Notes under the pieces: model-generated
Databases searched by the model: none
Seen by the model: only the letters and a program-made list of their open reading frames with translations
What the model was told of the DNA's origin: nothing
In this document: one piece after another, positions 35,001 through 50,000 of the stretch
Numbering within the stretch: position 1 is the stretch's first letter
How the letters are laid out: the number at the start of each line of letters is the position of its first letter
Translations under genes and position numbers: made by a program
Assembly: GCA_965235115.1 (NCBI GenBank)
Contig: OZ249436.1
Coordinates: forward strand, 16,742,001 to 16,806,000
DNA: 64,000 nt
Direction: 5' to 3'
Source of the DNA: Laetmonice hystrix
Taxonomy: Eukaryota

Positions 35001-38000
35001 CTGTCTGTCGCCCGTATGTTGCCAATGGTAACGGGCAGGACGTAGAGTCCCTCGGTGACGTCATACTCGTAGGCGTTCCTCTCAAAGCGAGGCTGGTTGT
35101 CATTGATGTCCTTGAGATTGACAAGGACGGCGGTGAAGGTTGTGCCCTGAGGGACGCCGTTATCGACGGCCTGGACTGTGAATGAAACACTGGTCTGGGT
35201 CTCCCTGTCAATACGCCGTCCTGTCGTCGTCACCGTCCCCTACAATCAACATTTACACTTCATCACACGGTCCGACAATTCTACTCAATCACTGGCTACT
35301 TTAACCTTTGGTCTCACCCAGTCAATCCGGACATCGAATTTCATGGGCACCGGCAAACTGTCAATATTTACGACCCAGTGGTTTTGGACCCCCTTCCAAC
35401 TTCCGGCACTTATATCTTATGATGTATCAACCCTAGATGCCACCATTCATCTATAATTTCCATACGTTGTAAAGTTTTAAAGACATTAAAGAATTATCTC
35501 GAGACCAGGCAGACTGAGTCGGTAGTGACGTACCGAGCGAGGGTCGTCGACCTTGAAGAGGTCCGTGTGTAGGATTGTGTACGAGATGGGAGTACCCGGT
35601 CGGCGGGTCGACGCTTCCACAGTCGTCACGTACGAATCTGAAACAATAACTGCGTCACTACAGCGTCTAAACAATCATGGGGAAACCTACAACTCAGTCA
35701 CTTCACCTTCGACACGTCACGAGGAACCTACATCATTATGTCTGATGGTTAGGAGATTATTATCAATTATTATATTATTTTCCGGCTCCATATCGCATGT
35801 TTCTAATTTGATTGGCATCGGAATATTCCAAACATTGCAACCATTCCCACCTGCTGGCACCTCCTCCTCGAGCGCCACCTGGTAGGTGACGCGGGTAAAC
35901 TGCGGTGTGTCGGCGTTGACGTCATCAATGTTGACGGCGAGTAGAGCTTGGCCGACGTTTGGCGGTTCGCCCTTGTCAGAGGCCGTCAAAGTCACGTATA
36001 GCGTACCGTTACCGTCAGTGATAAGTCCGCGCTGCAGCAGCTCCGCCTTCACGATTGGCTCAGCTACCGTCACCAGCCCGGTGCTGCCATCTATCGCAAA
36101 ATAGTCGCTGGCTCCTTGGCTGCTGTCTAAGTCATAGACAAGCTGTCCGTTTTGACCTTGGTCGCCGTCGATGGCCTTGGGGTAGAGTAGAACGGCGCCG
36201 ACCGGCGTTCGCTCCAGGATGTTGATGGTAAAATATTGCTGCTCAAAGGTGGGCGTGTTGTCATTGACGTCAATGACGTCAACGATTACCGTGGTGACGG
36301 TGGAAAGTGACGGGTAGCCAAGGTCACTGGCGGATACTTCAAGGACAAATCGTGGCATCTCCTCACGGTCCAAGGGCCGGTCATTAGACAGCCAACCCGT
36401 CTGGCGCTCTACGGTGAACGGTACTGTGGACAAGGTCAAACATAATGTTGTCAAAAGGTCATGCAACTTCTACTCCAACTGTCAGACTTAATATGTCAGT
36501 TAACTATCATGTGTGCATTGTACATACGACATGTCAATGATAAGACTGACCGATTAACTTGAGCAGCCTTACCGTCAAGTCTGAGTAATCTTAATTGGCG
36601 AGCTATGACATCGGTACAAGTTTGAGTAATCGTACCGTTCTTGGTGAGATACGACAGTTTGAGTAATCGTACCGTTCATGGTGAGATATGACAGTTTAAG
36701 TAATCGTACCGTTCTTGGTGAGATACGACAGTTTGAGTAATCGTACCGTTCTTGGTGAGATATGACAGTTTGAGTAATCGTACCGTTCTTGGTGAGATAC
36801 GACAGTTTGAGTAATCGTACCGTTCTTGGTGAGATATGACAGTTTGAGTAATCGTACCCTTCTTGGTGAGATATGACAGTTTGAGTAATCGTACCGTTCT
36901 TGGTGAGATATGACAGTTTGAGTAATCGTACCGTTCTTGGTGAGATATGACAGTTTGAGTAATGGTGAGATATGACAGTTTGAGTAATCGTACCGTTCTT
37001 GGTGTGATATGACAGTTTCAGTAATCGTACCGTTCTTGGCGAGATAATTATGACAGTTTGAGTAATCGTACCGTTCTTGGTGAGCACCGAGTATTTCACC
37101 TTGCCATTGTCCCCGTCGTCAGGGTCAGTCGCGTGCACGGTGCCGAAGTAGAGGACTTGACGTTCGTTCTCGGGGACGCTGAAGGTGTAGACGGACTGGT
37201 CAAACCGAGGCGGGTTGTCGTTCCTGTCCGTCAGTGAGATATTGACCACTGTCCGTCCCTCTAACTGACCAGGGTCCACTCCTCCATCCACTACCAGCAC
37301 GTCCAACAGGTAGACCGACTTCACCTCCCGGTCCAGGCCACCAGCCACCAGAATATCCCCTAACATCAAGTACAACATTCATCATTCAAATACAAACTCA
37401 CATGTTGTCAAGTCTTCCGGACTTTCCCCAAATATCCATGCAGCCACACTTTCAATGACCTTTTCGTTAATCACAGCCACTGGTGCTGAACTCTTGGGGT
37501 GTACACCCTGGCAAAAATCACCACCATGTTTCAATTAACCGGCCTTTGCTTTTCAAGAGAAATCTTCCAGGAATAGTCTATGACCTTTTGAGCTTTTTGG
37601 TACCTAACTCGGAAGGAATTATTCAATTAACGGGGGGGGGCATCGAACCCTCCCACCCCTCCCCGCCGCTATAACGATATTGTTTATGCCTATTGTTAGA
37701 TGTTAGATCTATATCCACCTGTGAACCTGTCGATGTAGAACCTGCCATCCGATCCTGCCGTGATACTGTACGACAGTCGGTTGTTAGGGCTGACGTCAGC
37801 GTCCGTGGCGATCACGTGACCGACCAGCGTGTTGGTGGCCACGTCCTCGCTCACCGACATGGTGTATGACGTGGCGCTGAACGCCGGCGGGTTGTCATTC
37901 CGGTCAGTCAAGGTCACGGTCAAGGTCGTCGTGTTGCGCAGGCTCCCCTCCGTCCCATTCCGGTCCTCCGCTACCACCTGACAACCACAGAGGTCAAACT

Positions 38001-41000
38001 AAGATCACCTCAGGTTAGTGAAAAATTTCGGTAAGAAATTAGGGGGGGGCACCCCCTAATTGACTTCACCCTTAAACTGTTCCTGTTTTCTGGTAGCACC
38101 TATCTCGACGTGATTGTCTTTAATATCTCCCGGGATAAAATGACATGATACTTGGAGGATGTAGAGCTTTCTTTCTTTTTAGGGCCAACTTACATGATCT
38201 GGATCCTAGACAAGTAACCCTGTGTACCTATCAACCCATCAACCTAACAACTCACCTCCACGGTCACGGATGGCACCGTCTCCCGGTCAAGCTGACCACT
38301 ACCCTGCTCGCTGACCGTCACAACTCCCGACACTGGGTTAATGGCGAACCAGGCGGCCGTGCTGCCACCTAGCGAGTAGCGTACCTCTGTGTTGTAGCCA
38401 ACATCTCGGTCAAACGTCTTCACGGGTGGAAACTGTTTGGGGGGAACACCGAGAAACGGGAACAAGTTCAGGTTTACAGCAAGAACGACTGCCCTCTCAT
38501 GGTTTTCATCCCCACAACTTCACAAAGGGCATAGATTATAGATGAGGCAAATGGGTCGTCGATACGTTACACAAGGATATAAAGTAGGAGTAGGTCATTC
38601 CAATTTCATTACTCCAATCTACCATGACACATTTAGCTATCCTACAAACCTACAACAACCACTAAACCGGTGAACGTTGGACTACTAACAACAAACTCGC
38701 AATTGTGTGCAACAATTCCAATATCTGGTTGGCTGCACAACGTAAAAGCAATTACCATGTACAGCACTGGCAACAAAAAGCAACACTTTATCAACAGTTA
38801 CTGTGCAAGCATACAACAAGAATAATGTCCCACTAAGTAGGACAATCGGCCTGTAGCATGGCACCGTTTTATACATCAATTGGCAAGATTTAATTTGAAG
38901 CATGGGACAGCAACACACAACAGCAGCTGACAACACTAGCACGGGGCACAATCACAACAACCAACACTCAGTTTGACGCAAGGTGGCGCCACCGAGCTGT
39001 ACTCACTTTGTCCGGACCGACCTGACCACAACAAAACATACACCGACTCCTCAGTTACCATCTGACATAACAAACATCTTTCTGTCTGTCTGAGTTCAAT
39101 TAATGTCGTCTGACTTGAAGTCAGAAACGCATTGATCCCAACATGTAGACCCTTACCCGAACTACGTCGTGCTTGACCGAAACCTTCATCATCATCTTTG
39201 AGAATTAATCATGGAACACCAAACACCGAACAGTAAATTAATTTACCTAGATATACGGAAACTATCCCACATGTACACGGTATGTATCCAAGATATAAAC
39301 GGTAACTATCCTGAGGAATGAGCGTGTGACTCACCACGAATACGGTTGTCCCTGGCGGCGCCTGCTCGACCACCTCGCCCATGTAGGGCGTGTCCATAAA
39401 CTGGGGCGCGTTGTCATTGACGTCATCTACTTCAATCTCCACTTCACACGTGTTCTGGGGGGCACAGAGAATACATTACACCGAGAAGCCTTCAGGTCAG
39501 GCCAGTTTAAACTTAGAAATCTCAGCTTTCTCAAAACAAAAAGATAATTAGGAGGAGAAAGTTTTCCTGCACCCTTACCATGCGCGGAGGAACCCCCATG
39601 TCAGCTGCTGTTACAATCAACGTATGACGTGGAGCCGTCTCCCGGTCCAACTCCCCAACTACCAGAACCTGTCCAACTTCAGGCTGGAGACAACAACAAG
39701 ACTTTGTCAATGAATATTCGCCAATTCCCTGTGAACGGATGTGAGGGTTGATTGTGCCATCAGAACCTGGTGAGACACTAGACTATGTATACGAGTAACA
39801 TAGACCATTATTTTCTGTTGTGTTATATCAAGTATTACGACATCAAGTACTGTGTGACGTCACCTCGGAGATATTGAAGAGTCCTCTTGCACTTCGTGAC
39901 GTCAGATAATACGTCACGCGTCCGTTGTCACCACCGTCACGGTCAGTGGCCACCACCTGACCTACGACCTGACCCAACTGACCAGAGAGGTCATTCTCCG
40001 TGACCCGGAAGAAGTAGACCTCCTGTGAGAACACTGGGCTATTGTTGTTCATGTCGAGGAGGCGAATCGTCAAGGCAACCTGTAAACATCCACTCATAAG
40101 TTAAAAATTCCTTATCTACAAGATAAAACCAGACCTAGGAAATGGGAGCAGGTCATGATTGGCAGGAGACATGTGGCAGGTGGCCTGTTGTAGGTTACCT
40201 GGTCTGAATGTTTGCCGTCCGTCACGTGGGCATGCAGGTCGTAACGGTCGACCTGCATGGCGTCCAGTGGCCAATTAACGCGTACTTCCCCCGTCTGGGG
40301 GTCGATACTGAACGGACCTGCAAAGAGGTGCATTGTTTAAATGGTTTATTTGTATTTTCTGATTCAAGTAGGTAGGCCTATGTATTCTTGTAAATCTAGG
40401 CGTCGTCGGGACTTATCATCGGCTGCTCATATTTCAGACTCTAACAGACACAAAAGTACAAAACGACCTACTTTCTTCCACAAGGCTGTAGGTGAACAGG
40501 GAGGCTGAATCGGCGTCTTGGGCAGTAACCTTGGCAATAGACGTCCCCGGGGGCGTTCCCTCCGTAATGGTGACGTCATAAACAAGGTCAGGAAACGACG
40601 GAGGGTTATCGTTGACGTCAGCAATGTAAATAGTTGCCTGGTAACGTAAACACTCATTATTTTTACCTCCAAAAGTAGGCTAAATACTAAATAATTGTAT
40701 CCTGGTAATGGAACGGAATCTGCAGTAAAAATAAACTGTGCGGACGTTTGTTTGTTTGTCTGTTTGTTTGTCTGTCTGTCTGTCGGTATGTCTGTCTGTC
40801 TGTCTGTCTGTCTGATCGTTTGAGTGTGTTTTCCTGGTACTGACCGTGGCTGTACTGGTAAGAGCAGGCCGGCCCTGGTCTGTTGCCAACACCTTCACTT
40901 CATAGATGGCGCTCTGGTTTACCGTCTTTAGCCCGTCCTTTTCTCGGTCAAGTTCTCTCGTCACCCGGAGCTCACCCTGAAACAAAGGGTCACTTCACTG

Positions 41001-44000
41001 AACCTGAACAATATATCCGATACTTGGCAGCACTGCAGGAGCTGTCCGCCTCCAAACTAGGAGAAACTATGTAGAGGTAACGTACATGCGTGGTTTGCTA
41101 ACTCACCACAGTGTAGTCGTTCCGTATCGACGTCAGAATCATAAACTCAGGACTTTCGCTGCCAATGGAGAAGACGACCTTGGCGTTGTCGCCTAGGTCA
41201 GCGTCCGTAGCGCTGACCATGAGTAGGAGGTCTAAGCTGACCGACCCTACAAACCCAGGGGTATCAGTACTGAGTGAAATACGTGAACTGGCGCCATATC
41301 ATGGTGGTTTTAGAGTCATATCCATTGTCATAGTCAGAGCCGGACTCTTCAATAATATATCGTGCACAACTCCTAGCAGCATAATCTTCTTAAAAGAAAT
41401 TATACTTTGTAAAGTTGATTAATGGTATATAGCTTTTTGGGACTGGGCAGTTTTGAAAACCAGTATGTACCGAATATGACCGGATATGACTCGTATGACT
41501 GACACGATCCGACAGTTTAGTTTACCACTATCCCTTGTTTATAGTATACCCGTATCATACTTAGGATGTGTTTATAGTATACCCGTATCATACTGAGGAT
41601 GTGTTTATAGTATACCCGTATCATACTGAGGGTCTGTTTATAGTACTATACCCGTATCATACTGAGGATGTTATAGTATACCTGCATCATACTGATGGTC
41701 TGTTTATAATATACCCGTACCATACTGAGGGTTTGTTTATAGTATACCCGTATTATACTGATGGTCTGTTTATAGTATACCCGTATCATACTGAGGATGT
41801 AGTTTACCTTCGGTCGTGTTGACCATGTATGGCTGACCGACAAACTGGGGAGCGTGGTCGTTGTCATCTTCCACCGTAACGTACAGGGTGGCTGTGTTCT
41901 GAAACCGACCAATGGCATGCTCTCATTACCGACACTACAGGGAACCGACCAATCGAGACCCTCATTGGCCGTCACTGCAGGGAACCGACCAATCGAGGCC
42001 CTCATTGGCCGTCACTGCAATAGGCCAACCAATGACAGACCCTCACTGGCATCACTACAGGGAACCGACCAATCGAGACACTCATTGGCCGTCACTGCAA
42101 GAGGCCAACCAATGACAGACCCTCACTAGCATCACTGCAGGGAACTGACCAATCGAGACCCTCATTGACCGTCACTGCAATAGGCCAACCAATAACAGAC
42201 CCTCATTGGCATCACTGCAGGGAACCGACCAATCGAGACCCTCATTGACCGTCACTGCAATAGGCCAACCAATAACAGACCCTCATTGGCATCACTGCAG
42301 GGAGCCCACCTCTGGTAAGGTTTCATTCGGCGTCTCTTCCATGTTCAAATTCATAAATCCGCAGGTGAGCATATAAGTCATGGTACACACACACTATCCC
42401 AAGCAGACATATAACTTACCTGGTGGCCAGCTGTATCCGTTGCCATAACAACCAGTGAATACCTGTCCTTAGTCTCCCTGTCCAGCACAACTGGTGTGTC
42501 GTCGCATCTAACGGTCACCATACCTGTGGTCTCATCCACGTCAAACATCTCTGTGTCACCTGTAAAACAAAACACGCATCTGTAAAACAAAATATCCTTC
42601 TGTAAAACAAAATATCCTTCTATAAAACAAAACATCATTCTGTAAAACAAAACATCATTCTGTGAAACAAAACATCTTACCTGCCTCCAGGGGGTATTTA
42701 ATCTGCCCCTCATCCAGCCGGTCAGGGTCACGACACCACCCCCCCCCCCCACCCCACTGTCCAGGAGTTAGGGTGAGAGTTGATCTTACCTGCTTCCAGG
42801 GTGTATTTAATCCGCCCCTCATCCAGCCGGTCAGGGTCACGAGCTCTAACCAGCGCCACCTCCTGGCAGCCGCCCGCACTCTGGAGGACACGAACCGACA
42901 CAAACACTTGTAGCTGTACTCTCACAGAATACCAACCAGAACACCAACACGAATAATGCTGAACGTGCTGTAGGGGCAAGGTCTTTCCCTTCGTCTTTTA
43001 AAAAAGTGGCTCAGAACTGTACTATATTCTAAGATCAGGTAAAGCCCCTCCGTACAAGACGACGAACGCTGACTGTGACTGACCTCTGTGACGCGTGACG
43101 TGACGGAGGATGCGTTAAAGACGGGCGAGTTGTCATTGACGTCAATGACCTTGAGGAGGAGTTCGGCCGGTTGACTGTAGTGACGGCCGTCGCTCGCACC
43201 GATCTGTGGGAAACATCTAGTATAATTTATTGGGGAAATGAACGTCCAACAGCTAGACCTAGAATCAACTGGGGAAATGGACGTCCAACAGCTAGACCTA
43301 GAATCAACTGGGAAAATGGACGTCCAACAACTAGAATCAACTGGGGAAATGGACGTCCAACAGCTAGACCTAGAATCAATTAGGGAAATGGACGTCCAAC
43401 AGCTAGACCTAGAATCAACTGGGGAAATGGACGTCCAACAACTAGAATCAACTGAGGAAATGGACGTCCAACAGCTAGACCTAGAATCAACTGGGAAAAT
43501 GGACGTACAACAACTAGAATCAACTGGGGAAATGGACGTCCAACAGCTAGACCTAGAATCAACTGGGAAAATGGACGTCCAACAACTAGAATCAACTGGG
43601 GAAATGGACGTCCAACAGCTAGACCTAGAATCAATTGGGGAAATGGACGTCCAACAGCTAGACCTAGAATCAACTGGGGAAATGGACGTCCAACAACTAG
43701 AATCAACTGGGGAAATGGACGTCCAACAACTAGAATCACCCGGGGAAAAGTTATTCAGTCCAAATTGCTCTGAACGTCTTATGCTAGATCCAGGAGTGCC
43801 ATTAATCAATAATAAAATGTGACTACTTCTACTTGTGGTATTCGACTGATATTTTCCCTGAGTTACGGGGACTTCACCTTAAGCCGGTAGGTGTCGGACA
43901 TGTTGGCTGGCATGACGTCACGATCCAGGGGCCGCTGCAGGCTGATGACAGCCACGTTGTCCAGTGATTCTACCTTGAGGTGATCTCGGTCGTTACGGTC

Positions 44001-47000
44001 GACCACGCCGTACCACATCTGAAAAACACCAGATCCTTCTTCATCCATCCAATCAAAACACACCATATCGTCTTGTTATATCAGTTTTCATCCATCCAAT
44101 CAGAACATTCAGGGATGAAAGTGGCCAGCTGTAAAATTTCCTGAAATTCTGACCTGGGGGGAGCGGCGGGGGCCAATGTCCATAATTAATATTTGTTCAT
44201 GCGCACATCCAAGGCTTACCCCCCCCCCCCTTAAAAAAAGTCAGGCTAGGAACAGCAGACAATCATGATCCGATAAGGTCTCCTAGCTATTATATATTAT
44301 AGGGCCTAGCCCTCAGTATTTAGTCGCCACCCCACCCCCCCCCCCCCACCCCCCACCCCCTCAACCCCCCCACCCCTGCAAATTTGCTGGATAGACTCCA
44401 TCACTCATCAGTCCATGCCCCTGTTCAAGGCTGTTGCTTGCCTGTCACTCAGTCACAGTCAGTGCATGTCAACCTCTGCCTGGCTCTGCCGTCTCTCTCC
44501 AACATTGGAATCCAGTCGGCTTTTAGCGTCCAAAATGCAGCCGATTACGTTGTCAAACAGCTTCCATGTGTTAGACTGACCACACAGGCTGTCCATCAGT
44601 CTTGACCCTCAGCAGTCACGACCCTCATGCAGCGGCTCTCAGCCAAGCAACACAGGCTTCGCTGAGTCGAGTGGTTCAGCCCGTGTGTCCATGTGCCACT
44701 CATGTTGTTGTGAAAATTGTCACTTCCGGTCTTATCAGGACACCTGCACTGATCGACAAATGTAATGAAAAGTCCTGACAACCCCAAAACTTCAGTGAAA
44801 ACCACTTACGTAATTCCACTATCCTCAAATTTATATGCAATAACACATTATGAGAACTTACTGACATATATACTAGGCAGATTCATAGAACTAAATTGAC
44901 CCAGTTTCCTGTGAGAAGTGACATTGTGATGGTGCGTAGTTCGTCAGCCTAATCACTATCACCGGGACTAGACATGTCTATAGTCTCGTTGCTATCACTA
45001 AGTGAGCGCTCAGGCAAAACTCGCGCATGGATATGGCATAATGGCAAGCCTGAATCAACGGGCTTCGCAGCTGCCTGACCATCAATTTTGCCTGAAGTCA
45101 TTACCTGAGGCACGTCGCTCTCACCACAGCGACACGGGGCCGTGCCTGCCAGACGGGACAGACGGCACCGCGTGCCGGTAGAAGTCAGCCCACGCGGGCC
45201 GGTCTATGTGAGCGATGTCACCACAGCTACAGGGACCGCGGGCGGTACACCAGCACCCCCGGCAGACCGGCCTATGCACGGTGGCACCCGTGACACTGGA
45301 CGGGTTTGAGACACTCTAATATCCCCATCTATAAACGAACTTTGGCAGGTAGAGATATATTGAGCTGCATGGTGTTAAAACACGTCCTGGAAGGGGATAT
45401 TGTTTCATTTGATATTAATTGCCCACCACACAGTCCAGGGCAATACTTAGCCTTGGCTTAGGCCTACCTCTTTTGCCTATAGATCTAGGCTTATTTCCTT
45501 TTTTGGGTATTATTTCTTGGGGGGGGGGGGATTTTTTCAAATTTCCTGATTTCAGGAAATTTCCTGAAAACTTTCATCCCTGAACATTACAGTCTTCACA
45601 TATCCAATCAGAACATTACAGTCTTCATCCATCCAATCAGAACACACCATATCATCTTGTTATATCACAGTCTTCATCCATCCAATCAGAACACACCATA
45701 TCATCTTGTTATATCACAGTCTTCATCTATCCAATCAAAACACACCATATCGTCTTGTTATATCACAGTCTTCATCCATCCAATCAGAACACACCATATC
45801 GTCTTGTTATATCACAGTCTTCATCCATCCAATCAAAACACACCATATCGTCTTGTTATATCACAGTCTTCATCCATCCAATCAAAACACACCATATCGT
45901 CTTGTTATATCACAGTCTTCATCCATCCATCCATCCCCCCCCCCCCCCCCCCCGCAGGCTACGGCCCTTTTCTGAACTGACCACGTCGTCTCTTTATCCA
46001 ATGCCATCCCGTCCTCTCCCGTCCCGTAGACCTAATTAACCCGGCTATAATCGTACAGACGGCCACAGATAACGTCTTAACCCACTGACAGTGAAGGCTT
46101 GTCGCTCACCATGTCATGCATATCGTTGTCATGGGCAACCAGTTTAGCGACCGTGGTACCGACCGGAGCGTCTTCCGAGACGGTGGCGCTGTAGTAGGTG
46201 AACGGGAAATAGGGGGCCTCGTCATCGCTGTTACCGACCTCAACTACAACCTACAAACAACGGACAAAGGTTAACACAGCGTCACGGCGAACAGCAACAC
46301 AGCGCCTGCAAATACAGGCGTCACAGTGAACATTGAACGGCGACACAGCGCCTGCAAATACAACGTCACAGTGAGCATTGAACGGTGACACAGCGCCTGT
46401 AAATACAGGCATCACAATGAACATTGAACGGCGACACAGCGCTTGCAAATACAACGTCACAATGAACATTGAACGGTGACACAGCGCCTGCAAATACAAC
46501 GTCACAATGAACATTGAACGGTGACACAGCGCCTGCAAATACAACGTCACAATGAACATTGAACGGTGACACAGCGCCTGCGAATACAACGTCACAATGA
46601 ACATTGAACGGCGACACAGCGCCTGCAAATACAGGCGTCACAATGAACATTGAACGGCGACACAGCGCCTGCAAAGGACTATACAACTTTTCTCTTTAGG
46701 GACATTGTCAAAGTAATTGGGTTACCCCTGATGCCCGTGCATTTCAAAAGAAAAATACAGTCTACGCCAGTGCCAGGATTACCTTAACAGTCAATGTTCG
46801 GTATTACCTTAACAGTCAATGTTCGGTAGAAATCATGTGTAGCTCTATCTAGAAAAATATTGATTCCGTCTCATTTCGGAAGATGTGTGTAGGGGGGAGG
46901 GTCCATTGTCCTGCTCGACCACCAAAGCTAAGAGTTAGGTCTGTGGGATGTGAGTCTGGCCTGAACAGCAGCCACCAGTGGTCCTCAACTCCATAGCGGA

Positions 47001-50000
47001 TATTTCGGAGTGCATGACATAGTAAGTTGAACAACAATTAATCAGGCTATGAACATAAGAGAAAGTTGTCCAGCTGGTCATAGATCACTGAGCCAATGAA
47101 GATTGAGGGATCACCGTGAGGCGTACAGGCCTACAGATTGAGGGGTCACCGTGAGGCGTACAGGCCTACAGATTGAGCGGTCACCGTGAGGCGTACATGC
47201 CTACAGATTGAGGGGTCACCGTGAGGCGTACAGAGTTGGGAGAGATCGAGGAGGTTCTTACACTTACGTAAACTTTGGACATCCAGTCCCAAGGCTAAAC
47301 GTGGCAGGGAAAATATTACACATCAATTAATAGGTAATTATGGCGAGCAGTATAGTAACTATCAAACGCATTATTAAAGGAAATACTTCGAGTCATCTGT
47401 ACGGTCACATGTAAATATCGGGATCACATCGGTTTAGATGCTTGGTTTCACCAATCAAACCATGATCAATGCCAGACTCACCACGATGTTTTGGTCGTAC
47501 TGTGGCAGGTTGAGGTTGTAGGCCGCCACGACTAACGTGTGAACAGCCTGATCTTCCCACCGGAGTCGTTTCACCAGACGGATGACACCCTGCAACCAAT
47601 CAAAACAGCATTCAGCGAGTATAGCCAACCAATCAGATCGCGGTATTCAGTGACGTAAATTAGGCAAAGTGAGCATCGGCAACCAATGAGAAGAGAGCAT
47701 TCAGCGACGGAAATCAGGTCACGTGAGCATCGGATATGACACTCTCTCCATGCAGTGCCATAAATTCACCGCCATTTTCCAGCAAGGTGAACTTACCGTG
47801 GTCTGGTCGATGGTAAAGTGACCCGGCTCGTTGCCGGCGGTAATATTGTAACGTAACGACTCGTCTAGCCGTTGTCCTGGTAACCAGGCGTTGACGTCAA
47901 CCACGTCGTGCGGTGTAGACGTACTCTCCTCCATGGACACCTTGAGGACGGTGCCAGAGAAGGTCGGGTAGTCACGGCTGGCCCCGGGGTCAAGGACGTC
48001 GATGGTGATACTCCTGAGACTATAAAGTGAAGGGACGCCATGGTCGTAGGCCTGCACGGTCACGTGGTACGTTCCCAGACCAAGGTAAGCCCGGGTCGTC
48101 AGTTCACCTGTCATCCCGTTCAGAGAGAAACGTTCCTGTTCTGGCAAGGAGAACGTCACGTTACTGTTGCCATTGGCAACGCTGTCAGCGTCCAGGGCGA
48201 AGAAGGTGATGATTGCGGTGGCCGGGGGGACGGGGCTGAAGAGACGGAGTCGTTCCGGGATGGGAAGGAGACGTGGAGGGTTGTCATTGACGTCACGAAC
48301 TGTCAGCCTCACCATGGTAACCGTGGCCCGCGGGTTGTCGGCTCGGTCACGGGCCTCAACCTCTAGCTGGTAGTAACGGACCGTCTCATAGTCCAGCGAC
48401 TTGACTACCACCAGATCACCTGACTGGTCAAGGCGGAACGCCAGCCCGACATTCCCACTGACCACTCGGAGTGACCACTGTCCAGCGGGCCCCGGGTCGC
48501 TGTCAGTCACGGTTAGACGCAGGACGGTCGTGCCTATGGCAACGTCCTCGCTCACTGTCTCCTCGTGGACGAAGCTGGAGAACTCGGGCGCGAACCGGTT
48601 ACTATCATTGAGGAACACTGTAAGATCTGTGACTGACATCCTGGCCGGAATACCGTGATCACGGGCGTACACCTTCATCCGGTATACACTTCTTGTAGCC
48701 ACGTCCAACTTGGCCGCCACCGTAACCAGCCCCGTGTTGGGGTCAATGGAGAAACGACCTTCCGTCCCCATCAACCAGTACGTCACGTGGCCATTGTAGG
48801 TAGCGTCCCTGTCGGTGGCTGAGACGGCGGCCACAGAGCGCCCCACCTCCAGGGTCTGGCTGATACTCCGGGCGTACGACTCCTCCAGGAACCGTGGGTT
48901 GTTATCGTTGACGTCCGTCACCGTCACCGTCACGTCACAGTGACTCGACTGGACGCCGTCAGACGCCATGACGCGCAGACTGACGATAGGGGTCGCCTCG
49001 GCGTCCAGTGGCCCCCTGGTGGCGATGAGGCCAGTCAGAGGGTCGATGGTGAAGTTGAGGTGTCGTGGATCCAAGTGGTAACGGAGAGTTCCTACGGGAT
49101 CTGGATCAGTGGCCGATACCTGGCGAGATATCATTAAATGTTTTGGTATCTAACAACTCAAACATGTTTAATAATCAAAATGAAACACAAGCAAGAAATA
49201 TTAGGGAACATAATTTAATTCGTATCTTTCGTGTGAGTCTATTTTTCGCGAAAATATACATTTGACCGTTCCCATTTTCCAGTGTGGCAGGGATTTTCAC
49301 CAAAAGGGAATGTAAACAGGAAGGCATAGAGTTTCTGAGTGTGCATGTCATATTTCCATAGTCCGACCTGCAAGACGGCCGCCACACATTTAACGGTTGC
49401 AGGCCGGGCCTTCCCGTGGTAGATTGACTGAGTGGTTGCAGAACGGAACTATCCGTGGTAGATTGAGTGAGCGGTTGCAGGTCAGACCTACCTGTAAAAC
49501 TGCCCCTGTTCCCGGGAAGAGATTCTCTCGGACCTCGGCCTGGTAGTGAGTTTTGGTGAAGGAGGGTGCGTGACTATTGGTCGGGTCGACTGCCACGATC
49601 ACCTCGGCTGTCGTACTGTGAGCCGGCCAGCCACCTGCAAAATACACACATCACAACTCAGTCAGTCCTGCGAGCCACCTGCAAAATACATACCGCACAT
49701 CAGTCATACCAACCACCCGAGACATACACAGCACAACCCAAGTCATACCAACCAACTGAGATATACACAACACAACTCACGTCATACCAACCACCTAAAA
49801 CATACATAACACAACTCAGTCAGTCCCCATGTTGCCAATTGTCATTCAAGTTTCGATCTTAGTGCCACGTGATGGTGCCTGGAATTCTTCATGTACACCG
49901 CCCCCCCCCCCCCGAATTACTGGCCCGGGACCATGTAGACTGACCGTCACGAGCCTGCACCATCAGACGGTGATGTGGTTCCTTCGTGTGATCCAAGAGG

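Noticed and set aside
22441..37083. Regularly spaced 37-44 bp repeats as CRISPR arrays
   Set aside because: No unique spacers, no cas genes, eukaryotic intronic context.
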